Shown here piece by piece: positions 29,413 through 40,162 of a DNA stretch of 64,000 nt (positions within the stretch are counted from its first letter, which is position 1; every line of letters starts with the position of its first letter). Position numbers and translations under genes: made by a program. Source of the stretch: a bacterium. Lineage in GTDB: Bacteria > Bacillota_I > Bacilli_A > RF39 > UBA660. The notes under the pieces are model-generated. The model had not been told where the DNA came from. It saw nothing but the letters and a program-made list of their open reading frames with translations, and ran no database searches. The DNA lies in the NCBI GenBank assembly GCA_963641945.1, contig CAVIDW010000001.1:31136-95135 (forward strand), read 5' to 3'.

Positions 29413-30233
29413 AATTAGTTGGTGTTGAATTTAAAAAGAATGGAAAACAATATACTTTTAATGATAATGATTTGCCTTTAAAAGAAGGAGATAGAGTTAT
29501 TGTTAATACTGAACGAGGATTACAATTTGGTGTTGTTTCTACATTATATGGTGAATTAAATGATAATAAAGAGCATGCTAATGTGGTTAAAATTGCTAAT
29601 GATAAAGATGAAAAACAAAATGAAAAGAATTTAAAGGATGCTAAAAAGTCTATTGAAAAGGCTCAGTCTTTAGCTAATGAATTAAATTTAGATATGAAGT
29701 TTTTAGATGCTTATTTTACTTTTGATAGAAAACAATTAGTTCTGCAATTTTTAGCTGATAATAGAATAGATTTTAGAGATTTAGCTAAAGGATTAGCTGC
29801 TGTTTATAAAACAAGAATTGAATTAAGACAAGTTGGAGTTCGTGATAAAGCAAAAGAAATATCTGGTATTGGTCCTTGTGGAAGAAAAATTTGTTGTTCT
29901 AGTTTTTTATTAGATTTAGATTCAGTTGGAATAGCTCAAGTTAAAAATCAAAATTTAGCCTTAAATCCTGCTAAAATAAATGGTTTATGTGGTAGACTTT
30001 TGTGTTGTTTAAAATATGAGGATGAGTTATATCAAGAATATAGAAAAGATTTACCAGAAGTTGGTGATAAAGTAGAAGTTGATGGTGAAAGTGCTACTGT
30101 AATATCTATTGATATTCCAAGAAGAAAATATGTGGCAATAACTGAAAAGAATAATAAAGTTGAAAAGTATGTTCCATTTAAAAATATAGATAAAAAGAGT
30201 GGTAGTAATAATGGAAGAAAAGGTAATAAATGA
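29394..30233 (+). CDS. ricT: PSP1-domain protein, RicT/YaaT-like
   Basis: 279 aa. Conserved cysteines (GPCGRKICCSSF, GLCGRLLCCLKYE) typical of the YaaT Fe-S region. Synteny after holB. Confidence 0.75.
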   Translation: MEMQCMKLVGVEFKKNGKQYTFNDNDLPLKEGDRVIVNTERGLQFGVVSTLYGELNDNKEHANVVKIANDKDEKQNEKNLKDAKKSIEKAQSLANELNLDMKFLDAYFTFDRKQLVLQFLADNRIDFRDLAKGLAAVYKTRIELRQVGVRDKAKEISGIGPCGRKICCSSFLLDLDSVGIAQVKNQNLALNPAKINGLCGRLLCCLKYEDELYQEYRKDLPEVGDKVEVDGESATVISIDIPRRKYVAITEKNNKVEKYVPFKNIDKKSGSNNGRKGNK

Positions 30234-30939
30234 TTTAGTTTACTATGATAATTTAAAAATAGTTCAAAATAAGAATTATTTTAATTTTAGTTTGGATTCT
30301 GTTTTGCTTCCAAACTTTGTTTTTTTAGGACAAAATACTAAAATGATATTAGATTTATGTACTGGTAATGCTCCTGTTCCTTTGATTTTATCTATTAAAA
30401 CTAATGCTAAAATATATGGTGTTGAAATACAAAAAGATATATATGATATGGCTGTTGAAAGTGTAAAAATTAATAATTTAGAAAATAGAATTGAATTAAT
30501 TAATGATGATGCTAAAAATATTATAAATAGATTTGAAACTGATACTTTTGATGTTATAACTTGTAATCCACCATATTTTAAATGTACTGATACTAGTCTA
30601 AAAAATGATAATGATATTAAGTCTATAGCTAGACATGAAATAATGATAGAACTGGAAGATGTAATAAAAGTTGCTAAAAAGTTATTAAAAAATGGTGGTT
30701 CTTTATGTATGGTTCATAGAACTGATAGATTAATAGAAATTATTGAAACTATGAGAAAACATAATATAGAACCTAAGAGATTACAATTTATTTATCCTAA
30801 AAAGGATAGTGAATCTAATTTGATTTTAATAGATGGTAAGAAAAATGGAAATGTTGGTCTTAAAGTATTAGCTCCTTTATATGTACATAATGATGATGGA
30901 AGCTATACAGATGAGGTATTAAAAATATTTGGGAAGTGA
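30211..30939 (+). CDS. tRNA (adenine-N6)-methyltransferase, TrmN6/YabB-like
   Basis: NPPYF motif and a SAM-binding region. Start taken at the MEEKV ATG; the ORF track starts at 30199. Confidence 0.7.
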   Translation: MEEKVINDLVYYDNLKIVQNKNYFNFSLDSVLLPNFVFLGQNTKMILDLCTGNAPVPLILSIKTNAKIYGVEIQKDIYDMAVESVKINNLENRIELINDDAKNIINRFETDTFDVITCNPPYFKCTDTSLKNDNDIKSIARHEIMIELEDVIKVAKKLLKNGGSLCMVHRTDRLIEIIETMRKHNIEPKRLQFIYPKKDSESNLILIDGKKNGNVGLKVLAPLYVHNDDGSYTDEVLKIFGK

Positions 30940-30943
30940 TTAT

Positions 30944-31780
30944 ATGAAACAAAAGAGTTATGAAGAAAGTGAATATGGAAAATTATATTTAATTCCTACT
31001 CCTATTGGAAATTTAGATGATATTACAATAAGAGCCATTAATACTTTAAAAATGGTTGATTTAGTGTTTGCTGAAGATACTCGTGAAACTTTAAATTTAT
31101 TAAAATATTTAAATATTACTAAAAAGGTAGAATCATGTCATAAATATACTGAAATGCAACATAAGGATAGAATAATTAAACTATTAAAAGATGGAAAGAA
31201 TATTGGATATGTAACTGATAGAGGTACTCCTTTGATTAGTGATCCTGGAAATGTAGTTGTTGATTATGCGATTTGTGAGGGGATAAGTGTTATTGCTTTA
31301 CCTGGACCAAATGCTTTATTACCTGCTATTAATATGTCTGGAATAAGTAATGAAAGATTTCTTTTCTATGGTTTTTTAAATAGTAAAGAATCTATTGCTA
31401 AAAGTGAATTAATTGATTTAAAAGAAGAAAAGTTTACACTTATTTTTTATGAATCTCCTCATAGAATAGAAAATACTTTAAAATTGATGTATAGTGTATT
31501 TGGAGATAGAAAAATTGCTATAGTTCGTGAAATATCTAAATTACATGAAGAAGTTGTTAGAGATAATATATCTAATGTTATTAAATTATCTAATAGTTTA
31601 AGAGGTGAAATGGTAATTGTAGTGAGTGGATATGAGCCTCTTGAAGATACTAATGATTATATGAAATTAATTAGTGATTTAGTTGAAAAAGGATATTCTA
31701 AAAGGGATGCTATTAAAGAAATAGCTGAAGAATATAGTGTAAGTAAAAATAAATTATATAATATGTTTAAGGAGGAGTAA
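30944..31780 (+). CDS. rsmI: 16S rRNA (cytidine1402-2'-O)-methyltransferase
   Basis: Tetrapyrrole-methylase fold (LYLIPTPIGNLDDIT). Start moved to MKQKSY, which has an RBS. Confidence 0.85.
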   Translation: MKQKSYEESEYGKLYLIPTPIGNLDDITIRAINTLKMVDLVFAEDTRETLNLLKYLNITKKVESCHKYTEMQHKDRIIKLLKDGKNIGYVTDRGTPLISDPGNVVVDYAICEGISVIALPGPNALLPAINMSGISNERFLFYGFLNSKESIAKSELIDLKEEKFTLIFYESPHRIENTLKLMYSVFGDRKIAIVREISKLHEEVVRDNISNVIKLSNSLRGEMVIVVSGYEPLEDTNDYMKLISDLVEKGYSKRDAIKEIAEEYSVSKNKLYNMFKEE

Positions 31781-31781
31781 T

Positions 31782-32339
31782 ATGAAATTAGTTGTTGGTC
31801 TTGGTAATCCAGAAAAAAAGTATGAATTTACTCGTCATAATTGTGGTTTTAGAGCAATCGATTATTATGCATCTAAAAATAACTTAACTTTTAAAAGTAA
31901 ATTTAATGGACTTTATGCTGAAACAATTGTTAATAATACAAAGCTAATTTTATTAAAACCTCAAACATATATGAATTTATCTGGAGAGAGTGTAATTAAG
32001 TTTGTTAACTATTACAATATTAATATTGAAGACATATTGGTTATTTATGATGATGTTGATTTTGAAGTGGGAAAATTTAAATTAAGACGTGGAGGTAGTT
32101 CTGGTGGTCATAATGGAATTAATAATATTATTGATTTATTGAAAACTCAAAATATTTCAAGACTTAGAATGGGAATTTCTAAAAACAATATTCCACTAAT
32201 GGATTACGTTTTAGGTAAATTTAGTAGTGAAGAAAATGAAAAAATAGAATCTATATTACCAGTAATATCTAATATTATTGATGACTTTTCTGTACATAAT
32301 ATAGATGAATTGATGGAAAAATATAATAGAAATGAATAA
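31782..32339 (+). CDS. pth: peptidyl-tRNA hydrolase
   Basis: 185 aa. GLGNPE and HNGIN motifs. RBS GGAGGAG. Confidence 0.9.
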   Translation: MKLVVGLGNPEKKYEFTRHNCGFRAIDYYASKNNLTFKSKFNGLYAETIVNNTKLILLKPQTYMNLSGESVIKFVNYYNINIEDILVIYDDVDFEVGKFKLRRGGSSGGHNGINNIIDLLKTQNISRLRMGISKNNIPLMDYVLGKFSSEENEKIESILPVISNIIDDFSVHNIDELMEKYNRNE

Positions 32340-35300
32340 TAAATTATGTTTAAAATTATTTGATTTTAATGTAGATAAAGTTAATAAAATATCTATAAAT
32401 AAAAACGAAATATATAATCAATTATTGTTATATATGTTTTTTAAGTGTAACAAAAGCATTCTTTTGGTAATGCCAACTTTAAACGACGCAACTATAGTAT
32501 ATAACGATTTAAAAAATTATATTGATGATGTTTATTTATTTCCAGAAGATGACATAATGACTAAAAAAGCTATTGCTAGTAGTCCAGAATTATTGTTTAT
32601 GAGAGCTAATATCTTAAATAAAATAGGTGAAGATTCTAATAAAATAATAATTGTTCATTTAAATAGTTTTATAAAGAAATTACCAGAGCCAGATGTTTTT
32701 GTTAATAAGAAGATTAAATTATCAGTTGGTTCTAAATTTGATAGAGATAGTTTTATTAGAAAGTTAATTAGTATAGGATATAAAAAAGAAAGTATGGTTT
32801 ATGATACTTCTGATTTTTCTGTACGTGGATTTGTAATTGATATTTATCCAATTAATGAAGAGAATCCTATTAGAATAGAATTATTTGATGATGAAATAGA
32901 AAAGATTAAGTATTTTGATCCTATGACTCAAAAGTCTATTAGTGAGATAAATGAAATAGTTATTAATTCTATTAAAGATGATTTTGGGGATAATAATTCT
33001 TCTATTAGAGATTATATGAATAATGGTGTAGTTGTTTTTTCTGATTATAATCAAATACTTGAACAAGAAAAAATGATAATACCTCAAATTAAGTATTTAG
33101 GAATAGAAGATGATATTTTTAAATTAAAAGATTTAACGTTGAAAGGCGATAAATACATAGATACTATTAATAATAAAAATTATGATATTAAAATAGAAGC
33201 AAAATCTATTGATAAATTTAATTCTAATAAAGAAAAATTTTATAATGAGATTAATTCTCATGATTCTTTTGTGTTTACTAAGAATGATCATTTGATTCAA
33301 GATTTAGTAAAGTATTGTAAGAATGCAAAAATTGAAAAAAATACATTAAATCATGGTTTTGTGTATAATAATATTTATTATTTTTCAGAATATGATTTAT
33401 ATGACACATATATTAGAAAAGAATTAGGTAGTGATAAAGTATATGGTAACAAGATTTCGTCAATTGACAGTATAAAAGTTGGTGATTATGTTGTTCATAG
33501 AAAATCTGGTATAGGAATTTATAGAGGTATTACCACTATTGAAAAGAATGGATTAAAAAGAGATTATATTCTAATTCAATATAAAGGTGATGATAAACTT
33601 TATATGCCTGTTGAGGATATTTCTAAGTTATATAAATATTCTGCTAAAGAAGGTGTTCATCCTATAATAAATAAATTAAATAGTGTAGAATGGACTAAAA
33701 CCAAACTTAGAATTAAAGAAAGAATTAAAAATATAACTGGTGAATTATTAAAGATATATAAAGAAAGAAATAAAGCTACTATTACTCCATTTGCTCCTGA
33801 TGATGAAAATCAATTGTTGTTTGAAAATGAATTTGAGTATGAGGAAACAACTGATCAGTTAAAAGCAATTAATGATATTAAAAAAGATTTAGAAAAATCT
33901 AGACCTATGGAAAGACTTTTGTGTGGTGATGTAGGTTATGGTAAAACAGAAGTTATTTTTAGAGCTATGTTTAAAACTGTAATGAATAATATGCAAGTTG
34001 CTTATTTATGTCCAACTACATTATTATCTCATCAACAATATGATTCTGCTTTAAAAAGATTTAAAAATTATGGTGTTAATATTGATTTGATTAATAGACA
34101 TTTTTCTAATAAGCAAGTTCAAGAAAAATTAAAAAAATTAAAAGAAGGTAAAACTGATATAATATTTGGTACTCATAGATTATTAAGTAATGATGTTGAA
34201 TTTAAGAATTTAGGATTGTTAGTTATTGATGAAGAGCATCGTTTTGGAGTGGAACAAAAAGAAAAAATTAAGAAACTTAAATCTAATGTTCATGTTTTAT
34301 CTGTTTCTGCGACTCCAATACCAAGATCATTACAAATGTCTTTAGTTGGATTAAGAGATTTATCTTTAATAGAGAGTGCTCCTAAAAATAGATATCCTGT
34401 TCAAACATATGTTATTGAATATAATGAAATGTTATTAAGAGAAGTAATATTAAAAGAAATATCTAGAAAAGGTCAAGCATTTATTCTTTATAATAATGTT
34501 ACTAATATGGAAACTATGGCTTCTAAAATAAGTAAATTGATTCCTGAAGCTAGAGTTTGTTATGCTCATGGTAAGATGGCTAAAGATCAAATGCAAGATA
34601 TAATATATAGTTTTACTAATCGTGAATATGATGTTTTACTTAGTACAACTATTATTGAGAATGGAATAGATATTCCTAATGCCAATACGATTGTTGTTAT
34701 TGATAGTGATAGATTTGGGTTAAGCCAGTTATATCAAATAAGAGGAAGAGTTGGTAGAGGAGATAGAATTGCTTTTGCATATCTTATGTATAAAAAAGAA
34801 AAAGTTTTAAATTCTACAGCCTTAAAGAGGCTTGAAGCAATTAAAGAATTTACTGAACTTGGAAGTGGATATAAGATATCTATGAGAGATTTAGCAATTC
34901 GTGGAGCAGGTGATATTCTTGGTAAAGAACAGGCTGGATTTATTGATTCAGTTGGTGTTGACATGTATTTAGATTTAATTAATGAAGAAGTTAATGGAAT
35001 TACTAATGAAGATGGTGAAGTTGATTCTAATCAAATTGATGTTGAAACTCATATTGGAGAAGAATATAGTTCTGAAAGTGAAATATTAATCGAATTACAT
35101 AAGAAAATAAATGGAATTACTAATAGAAAAGAATTAAATGATGTATTAAGTGAAATAAAAGATAGATTTGGTCATACAAATGAATCTTTAGAAATTTATG
35201 CTCATGAAAAGTATTTAGAAAAACTATTAGTTATTAATAATATTAAAGTAATAACTAATGATAATTTAAAAGTTGTATTAAAAGTTAAGAAAGAAGTATA

Positions 35301-35481
35301 TAGTTCTATAAGTGTTGAAAAGTTGTTTGTAGAAGCTATGAAAATTACTCCTAAATTTAACTTTGCATATAAAAGTGAAGCAATATGGATCACTTTATTA
35401 AAAGCTACTTTAGATAAGAATTATATATTTTACTTAGAAGAATTATTAGAACTAATATATAATTTGAAATTTAAAGTATAA
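32332..35481 (+). CDS. mfd: transcription-repair coupling factor
   Basis: 1049 aa. Superfamily-2 helicase motifs (GDVGYGKTEV, DEEHRFG). pth-mfd synteny. Confidence 0.9.
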   Translation: MNNKLCLKLFDFNVDKVNKISINKNEIYNQLLLYMFFKCNKSILLVMPTLNDATIVYNDLKNYIDDVYLFPEDDIMTKKAIASSPELLFMRANILNKIGEDSNKIIIVHLNSFIKKLPEPDVFVNKKIKLSVGSKFDRDSFIRKLISIGYKKESMVYDTSDFSVRGFVIDIYPINEENPIRIELFDDEIEKIKYFDPMTQKSISEINEIVINSIKDDFGDNNSSIRDYMNNGVVVFSDYNQILEQEKMIIPQIKYLGIEDDIFKLKDLTLKGDKYIDTINNKNYDIKIEAKSIDKFNSNKEKFYNEINSHDSFVFTKNDHLIQDLVKYCKNAKIEKNTLNHGFVYNNIYYFSEYDLYDTYIRKELGSDKVYGNKISSIDSIKVGDYVVHRKSGIGIYRGITTIEKNGLKRDYILIQYKGDDKLYMPVEDISKLYKYSAKEGVHPIINKLNSVEWTKTKLRIKERIKNITGELLKIYKERNKATITPFAPDDENQLLFENEFEYEETTDQLKAINDIKKDLEKSRPMERLLCGDVGYGKTEVIFRAMFKTVMNNMQVAYLCPTTLLSHQQYDSALKRFKNYGVNIDLINRHFSNKQVQEKLKKLKEGKTDIIFGTHRLLSNDVEFKNLGLLVIDEEHRFGVEQKEKIKKLKSNVHVLSVSATPIPRSLQMSLVGLRDLSLIESAPKNRYPVQTYVIEYNEMLLREVILKEISRKGQAFILYNNVTNMETMASKISKLIPEARVCYAHGKMAKDQMQDIIYSFTNREYDVLLSTTIIENGIDIPNANTIVVIDSDRFGLSQLYQIRGRVGRGDRIAFAYLMYKKEKVLNSTALKRLEAIKEFTELGSGYKISMRDLAIRGAGDILGKEQAGFIDSVGVDMYLDLINEEVNGITNEDGEVDSNQIDVETHIGEEYSSESEILIELHKKINGITNRKELNDVLSEIKDRFGHTNESLEIYAHEKYLEKLLVINNIKVITNDNLKVVLKVKKEVYSSISVEKLFVEAMKITPKFNFAYKSEAIWITLLKATLDKNYIFYLEELLELIYNLKFKV

Positions 35482-35519
35482 ATAGCATTAAAATCATCAA
35501 ACTATAATTAGGTGATTTA

Positions 35520-36023
35520 ATGCAAACAACTGGTATAGTTAGAAAAATAGATGAATTTGGTAGAATTGTATTACCAAAAGAATTAAGAAAGTGTTTAAAT
35601 ATTAAAACTGGAGATGATTTTCAGATATCTCTTAATTCAGAAAAAATTGTATTAGAGAGATATTCTCTTTTGTGTGGAAAAGAAGAAGAAATTATTAAAT
35701 TAATTGAGTGTTTTAAAAATACTTATTCTTTTGATATATTGTTAATAGTTAATAATAAAATAGTTAATTATAATAATTTAGGTGTTAGTGATGTTATTAG
35801 TAATTTGATTAGTGAGAGAAAAATATATATTAATAATGTTAATGATAGAAATATAATATCTGGTGAATTAATATTAAGTGGAAAGATGGTTTTAAATCCT
35901 ATAGTTATGAATAGTGATTTGTTAGGATCTATAATAATAGTGTCTGATTCAAATATAAATAATATGATAGATGTATCTAAAGTGATTATTAATCTAATAA
36001 AGATGAAATATAAAAATAATTAA
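35520..36023 (+). CDS. spoVT: SpoVT/AbrB-family regulator (SpoVT-like: AbrB-N domain + GAF-like C-domain)
   Basis: The N-terminus TGIVRKIDEFGRIVLPKELRK closely matches the SpoVT/AbrB swapped-hairpin domain. Length and position after mfd match B. subtilis spoVT. Confidence 0.7.
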   Translation: MQTTGIVRKIDEFGRIVLPKELRKCLNIKTGDDFQISLNSEKIVLERYSLLCGKEEEIIKLIECFKNTYSFDILLIVNNKIVNYNNLGVSDVISNLISERKIYINNVNDRNIISGELILSGKMVLNPIVMNSDLLGSIIIVSDSNINNMIDVSKVIINLIKMKYKNN

Positions 36024-36052
36024 TATGTTATAATGACTATAAGAGGTGTTTT

Positions 36053-36802
36053 ATGATAGATAGTCATGCTCACATTATTAGTGAATTTTATAATGATATA
36101 GATGAAATTGTTAAAACAATAAAAGATAAAGGTATCGTTGATGTTATTAATTGTGGTGATGGAATAAGTACTTCAAAAGAAGTAATTGAAATTAATAAAA
36201 AGTATGATATTTTAAAACCAGCAGTTGGTATACATCCAGAGAATATAAGTGATAGTAATAAAATAGATGAATTAGAAGAATTAATAAAAAATAATAAAAT
36301 ATATGCAGTAGGAGAAATTGGTCTTGATTATTATTGGAATAAAGAAAACAAAGATGAGCAAAAAGATTTATTTATTAAACAATTAGATTTAGCTATAAAG
36401 TATGATTTACCTGTTATTATTCATACTAGAGATTCTATTCAAGATTGTTATGATATTTTAAAAGATAAAAATAATAGAGGTGTTATTCATTGCTTTACTG
36501 GAAGTATTGAGATGGCTAAACTATTTATAAAAAAAGGATATAAATTAGGTATAGGAGGAGTTTTAACTTTTAAAAATTCTAATTTATATAAAGTGATTGA
36601 AAGTATTAATTTAGATAATATATTACTTGAAACTGATAGCCCTTTTCTATCTCCTGAGCCATTTAGAGGTCAAACTAATATACCATCTAATGTTTATTAT
36701 GTGGCTTCAAGAATAGCAGAAATAAAGAATATAAGTGTTGAAGAAGTAATAGATATAACTAGAAAAAATGCAAGTAAACTTTTTGACATTAATTTAAACT
36801 AA
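36053..36802 (+). CDS. tatD: TatD-family deoxyribonuclease
   Basis: 249 aa. HxH at the N-terminus (IDSHAH), conserved E/H/D metal ligands. Confidence 0.85.
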   Translation: MIDSHAHIISEFYNDIDEIVKTIKDKGIVDVINCGDGISTSKEVIEINKKYDILKPAVGIHPENISDSNKIDELEELIKNNKIYAVGEIGLDYYWNKENKDEQKDLFIKQLDLAIKYDLPVIIHTRDSIQDCYDILKDKNNRGVIHCFTGSIEMAKLFIKKGYKLGIGGVLTFKNSNLYKVIESINLDNILLETDSPFLSPEPFRGQTNIPSNVYYVASRIAEIKNISVEEVIDITRKNASKLFDINLN

Positions 36803-36831
36803 TTATATAATATACTTAAGTGGAGTAGTAA

Positions 36832-37386
36832 ATGAGAGAGTATATTAGAAATAGAGTTATTATATGTATACAAATAATTGCTTTGGTAATTATTTCTTTA
36901 AGTTTGCTTAAAAAAGAAACGTTTTCATTATCTACTTTAAGTGTAGCAATGAATAATAATTTAGATAAGTATGTTGATAAAGAAACATTAAGAGAATATC
37001 AAAATCAATTGTATGAGAATGGTCTATATAATCCTGTTTATACTTTTACTGGTGAATTAACTGGATATGCTGGAGATTGTCCTTTATGTTCTGGATATTT
37101 AGCTTGTCCACCAAGAACTAATGTTTTAGAAAATGGAATATATTTTGATGATAAAACTTATGGTAATGTAAGAATTGTTGCTAGTAGTAAAAATTATCCA
37201 TGTGGAACTATATTACAATTTAATGTTAATAAATTATCTAGTGAACCAATTATAGCTATTGTACTTGATAGAGGTGTAGGTGGAAATGTTATAGATTTAT
37301 TGACTGAATCTGAAGAGTTTGCTACTAAAAAAGTTGGCAGAGTTAGAAATCTAGAATTTGAGGTATTAAGAGAGGGTTGGGGTTAA
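36832..37386 (+). CDS. membrane-anchored 3D-domain protein (YabE/YocH-like)
   Basis: 184 aa. N-terminal signal anchor. The C-terminal block fits a 3D domain (TGYAGDCPLCSG...GNVRIVASSKNYPCGT...VLDRG). B. subtilis yabE sits between yabD and rsmA. Confidence 0.55.
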   Translation: MREYIRNRVIICIQIIALVIISLSLLKKETFSLSTLSVAMNNNLDKYVDKETLREYQNQLYENGLYNPVYTFTGELTGYAGDCPLCSGYLACPPRTNVLENGIYFDDKTYGNVRIVASSKNYPCGTILQFNVNKLSSEPIIAIVLDRGVGGNVIDLLTESEEFATKKVGRVRNLEFEVLREGWG

Positions 37387-38174
37387 TGTATAGCTTTGAT
37401 TATAAGAAATCATTAGGTCAAAATTTTTTAATGGATAAAAACATTATATATAAAATATCTGATAGTATTAGTCCTAATGATGATGATTTAATTATAGAAA
37501 TAGGTCCTGGTGCTGGAGCCTTAACTAAAGAATTAGTAAAAAAGAATTGCGATGTTTTATGTTTTGAAATAGATAGAAGATTAGAAGAAACATTATCTAA
37601 AATAGAATCAGATAGATTAAATGTTGTTTTTAATGACTTTTTAAAAGTTGATTTATCTTCTTATATTGATAAAAAATATAAAAATATATTTTTTGTAGGA
37701 AATTTACCATATTATATTACTACGGCGATAATTAATAAAATATTAGATGAATCTGATCCTAAAGAGATAGTTGTCATGATACAAAAAGAAGTTGGAGAAA
37801 GATTTATGGCTTCTCCAAGAAGTAAACAATATAATTCTTTAAGTGTATTTTTACAATATAATTTTGATATATTAAAGGTATGCGATGTTAATAAGAATTG
37901 TTTTGAACCAATTCCTAAAGTTGATAGTATTGTTATAAAATTAATTAAAAATAAAAAAATAATTGCTGATTCAGAAGAAATTTTCTATAAATTAATTAAA
38001 GATGCCTTTAAACAAAAAAGAAAAAATCTTAAAAACAATTTAATTAGTTATGATTTAGATTTAATTGAAGAAAAACTAGAAAAATCTAATAAAAGTCTTA
38101 AAAATAGAGCGGAAGAATTAACTATAGAAGAATTTGTTGATATATCAAATATAATTTATTCTAGAAAAAAATAA
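37377..38174 (+). CDS. rsmA: 16S rRNA (adenine1518/1519-N6)-dimethyltransferase
   Basis: 265 aa. SLGQNFL N-terminal motif and SAM motif EIGPGAGALT. Confidence 0.9.
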   Translation: MGLMYSFDYKKSLGQNFLMDKNIIYKISDSISPNDDDLIIEIGPGAGALTKELVKKNCDVLCFEIDRRLEETLSKIESDRLNVVFNDFLKVDLSSYIDKKYKNIFFVGNLPYYITTAIINKILDESDPKEIVVMIQKEVGERFMASPRSKQYNSLSVFLQYNFDILKVCDVNKNCFEPIPKVDSIVIKLIKNKKIIADSEEIFYKLIKDAFKQKRKNLKNNLISYDLDLIEEKLEKSNKSLKNRAEELTIEEFVDISNIIYSRKK

Positions 38175-38200
38175 TCTTAGTAAAACAAGATTGTTTTTTT
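38173..38200 (+). terminator. rho-independent terminator after rsmA
   Basis: Stem AATCTT/AAGATT followed by GTTTTTTT. Confidence 0.5.
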
Positions 38201-38259
38201 ATGATTTTTATTATATAATTGTTAAAGTAGAAGAGTAGACGATAAAGGAGTTGATTTTT

Positions 38260-40143
38260 GTGGTAAGTTCTTATTCAGCAAGTACAGGATTAACAATTTG
38301 TGCGTTAATGTTTATTGTATTGCTTACCATTATGTTTTTAAGTAAAAAGAAAGATTGGACTTTAAATCAAATGATTTTTTCAGGCTTATTGGTTGTTTTA
38401 ATAATAATGCTTGTTGTTGAAATGATTGCTTCATATACGATGATCAATTCGGATAAATATGATGTTTTAAACACCATTGCTTGTAAAGGATATATATATT
38501 TTTGTTTCTTATTTGAAAATTTATTCATTATATATACTTATGTAGTGGCTAAACAAAAATTTAATAAGGCTGATATTAAAAACTTTGATGTTAAATTATT
38601 TATAGCTGTTGTTATTTGTATGGTATTGCCTTTGTTGATAGTTTTAATATTACCAATAACGCATATAGGTGGTATAAATGGTAGACCCGCAGTTATAGTT
38701 GGATCTGCGGCAAGTGCATTACATATTTATAGTTTGCTTATTAGTATTGCTGTATTGTATTTATTTAATAAGCATAAAAATGATGTTAAATCTATTAGTA
38801 TGTTACCACTCTATTTTTCATTTATTTGTTATTTAGTATTTTTGTTAATGCAAAAAATATTTAATTATGAAATAAATGATTCAACATATTTTTTTGCATT
38901 ACTTATTGCAATATTGTATTTCACTATTGAAAATCAAGATTCTAAACTGATTCTTGAATATCAGAAATCAAAAGAAGAGGCTGATGTTGCTAATAGAGCT
39001 AAAACAGAGTTTTTAATTAATATGTCACATGAAATTAGAACACCTATGAATACGATTTTAGGGTTTAGTGAATCTTTATTAGAAGAAAAACAATTAACTC
39101 CAGAAATTGTAAAAAGAGATTTAAAAAGTATTTGTCAAGCTAGTGATGAATTATTAAATTTAATTAATAATATTCTTGATATTTCTAAATTAGAAACTGG
39201 TCAAGAAAAAGTTGTTGAATCAGAATATAGTTTAGAAAACTTAATATTTGAAATTAATAGTTTTATTCCTCCTAAAATTGATAAAGAAAATCTAAGATTC
39301 AATATAGAAATTAATGAAAACTTACCTAAACAATATTATGGTGATGCTTATAAGATTTATAAAATAGTTACATTTATAATATTAAACGCTATAAATTATA
39401 CAAATTATGGTGAAGTTAAATTAAGTGTTAATGGAAGAACCGTTGATTCGAATAACTTTGAACTTGAATTTGTAGTATCTAATACTGGTCATGCTATGAC
39501 TGTTGAAAACTTTGATAAGAAATTTGAGGATTTTATAAAGTTAGAACATACTGCTGAAAATAATATTGATAATATTAAATTAGGGTTAATTATTGCTAAA
39601 AGACTTATTAATATGTTGGGCGGTAGAATTAATTTTGTTAACGAAAAGGATCAAGGCACAAAATATTATATTAAAATAAGACAAAGAGTATCTGGAACTG
39701 AAAAGATAGGAAATATATTTGAAACTAAAAATAGTACTATGTCTAGTTCTAAAGGAATAGTTGATTGTAGTGGTAGGAATGTATTAATTGTTGATGATAG
39801 TGAAGTTAACTTGAAACTTGCATCTAGATATTTAGAACAATATCAATTTGAAATTGATACTGCGTTAAGTGGTCAAGAATGTTTAAGTAAGGTTAGCCAA
39901 AAGAATTATGATTTAATATTTTTAGATCATATGATGCCTGAAATGGATGGTATTCAAACTATTAAAGCATTAAAATCCACACATGAAAAATTACCTCCTA
40001 TTGTAGCATTAACCGCTAACTCATATGATGGGTTAAAGAGTGATTATATAACAGAAGGATTTTCTGATTATTTGAGTAAACCAATTATATTCAAAGAATT
40101 AAATAAATTAGTTAATAGATTATTTAAAAAAGAGGATGCTTAA
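38260..40143 (+). CDS. hybrid sensor histidine kinase/response-receiver protein (polytopic membrane sensor, HisKA, HATPase, REC)
   Basis: About 6 N-terminal TM helices. H-box [12 protein letters not shown]-boxes, and a C-terminal REC domain ([20 protein letters not shown]). Start uncertain: TTG at 38251 abuts the RBS, so GTG at 38260 is preferred. Confidence 0.8.
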   Translation: MVSSYSASTGLTICALMFIVLLTIMFLSKKKDWTLNQMIFSGLLVVLIIMLVVEMIASYTMINSDKYDVLNTIACKGYIYFCFLFENLFIIYTYVVAKQKFNKADIKNFDVKLFIAVVICMVLPLLIVLILPITHIGGINGRPAVIVGSAASALHIYSLLISIAVLYLFNKHKNDVKSISMLPLYFSFICYLVFLLMQKIFNYEINDSTYFFALLIAILYFTIENQDSKLILEYQKSKEEADVANRAKTEFLINMSHEIRTPMNTILGFSESLLEEKQLTPEIVKRDLKSICQASDELLNLINNILDISKLETGQEKVVESEYSLENLIFEINSFIPPKIDKENLRFNIEINENLPKQYYGDAYKIYKIVTFIILNAINYTNYGEVKLSVNGRTVDSNNFELEFVVSNTGHAMTVENFDKKFEDFIKLEHTAENNIDNIKLGLIIAKRLINMLGGRINFVNEKDQGTKYYIKIRQRVSGTEKIGNIFETKNSTMSSSKGIVDCSGRNVLIVDDSEVNLKLASRYLEQYQFEIDTALSGQECLSKVSQKNYDLIFLDHMMPEMDGIQTIKALKSTHEKLPPIVALTANSYDGLKSDYITEGFSDYLSKPIIFKELNKLVNRLFKKEDA

Positions 40144-40162
40144 TGGAAAGGAGTAATAATTT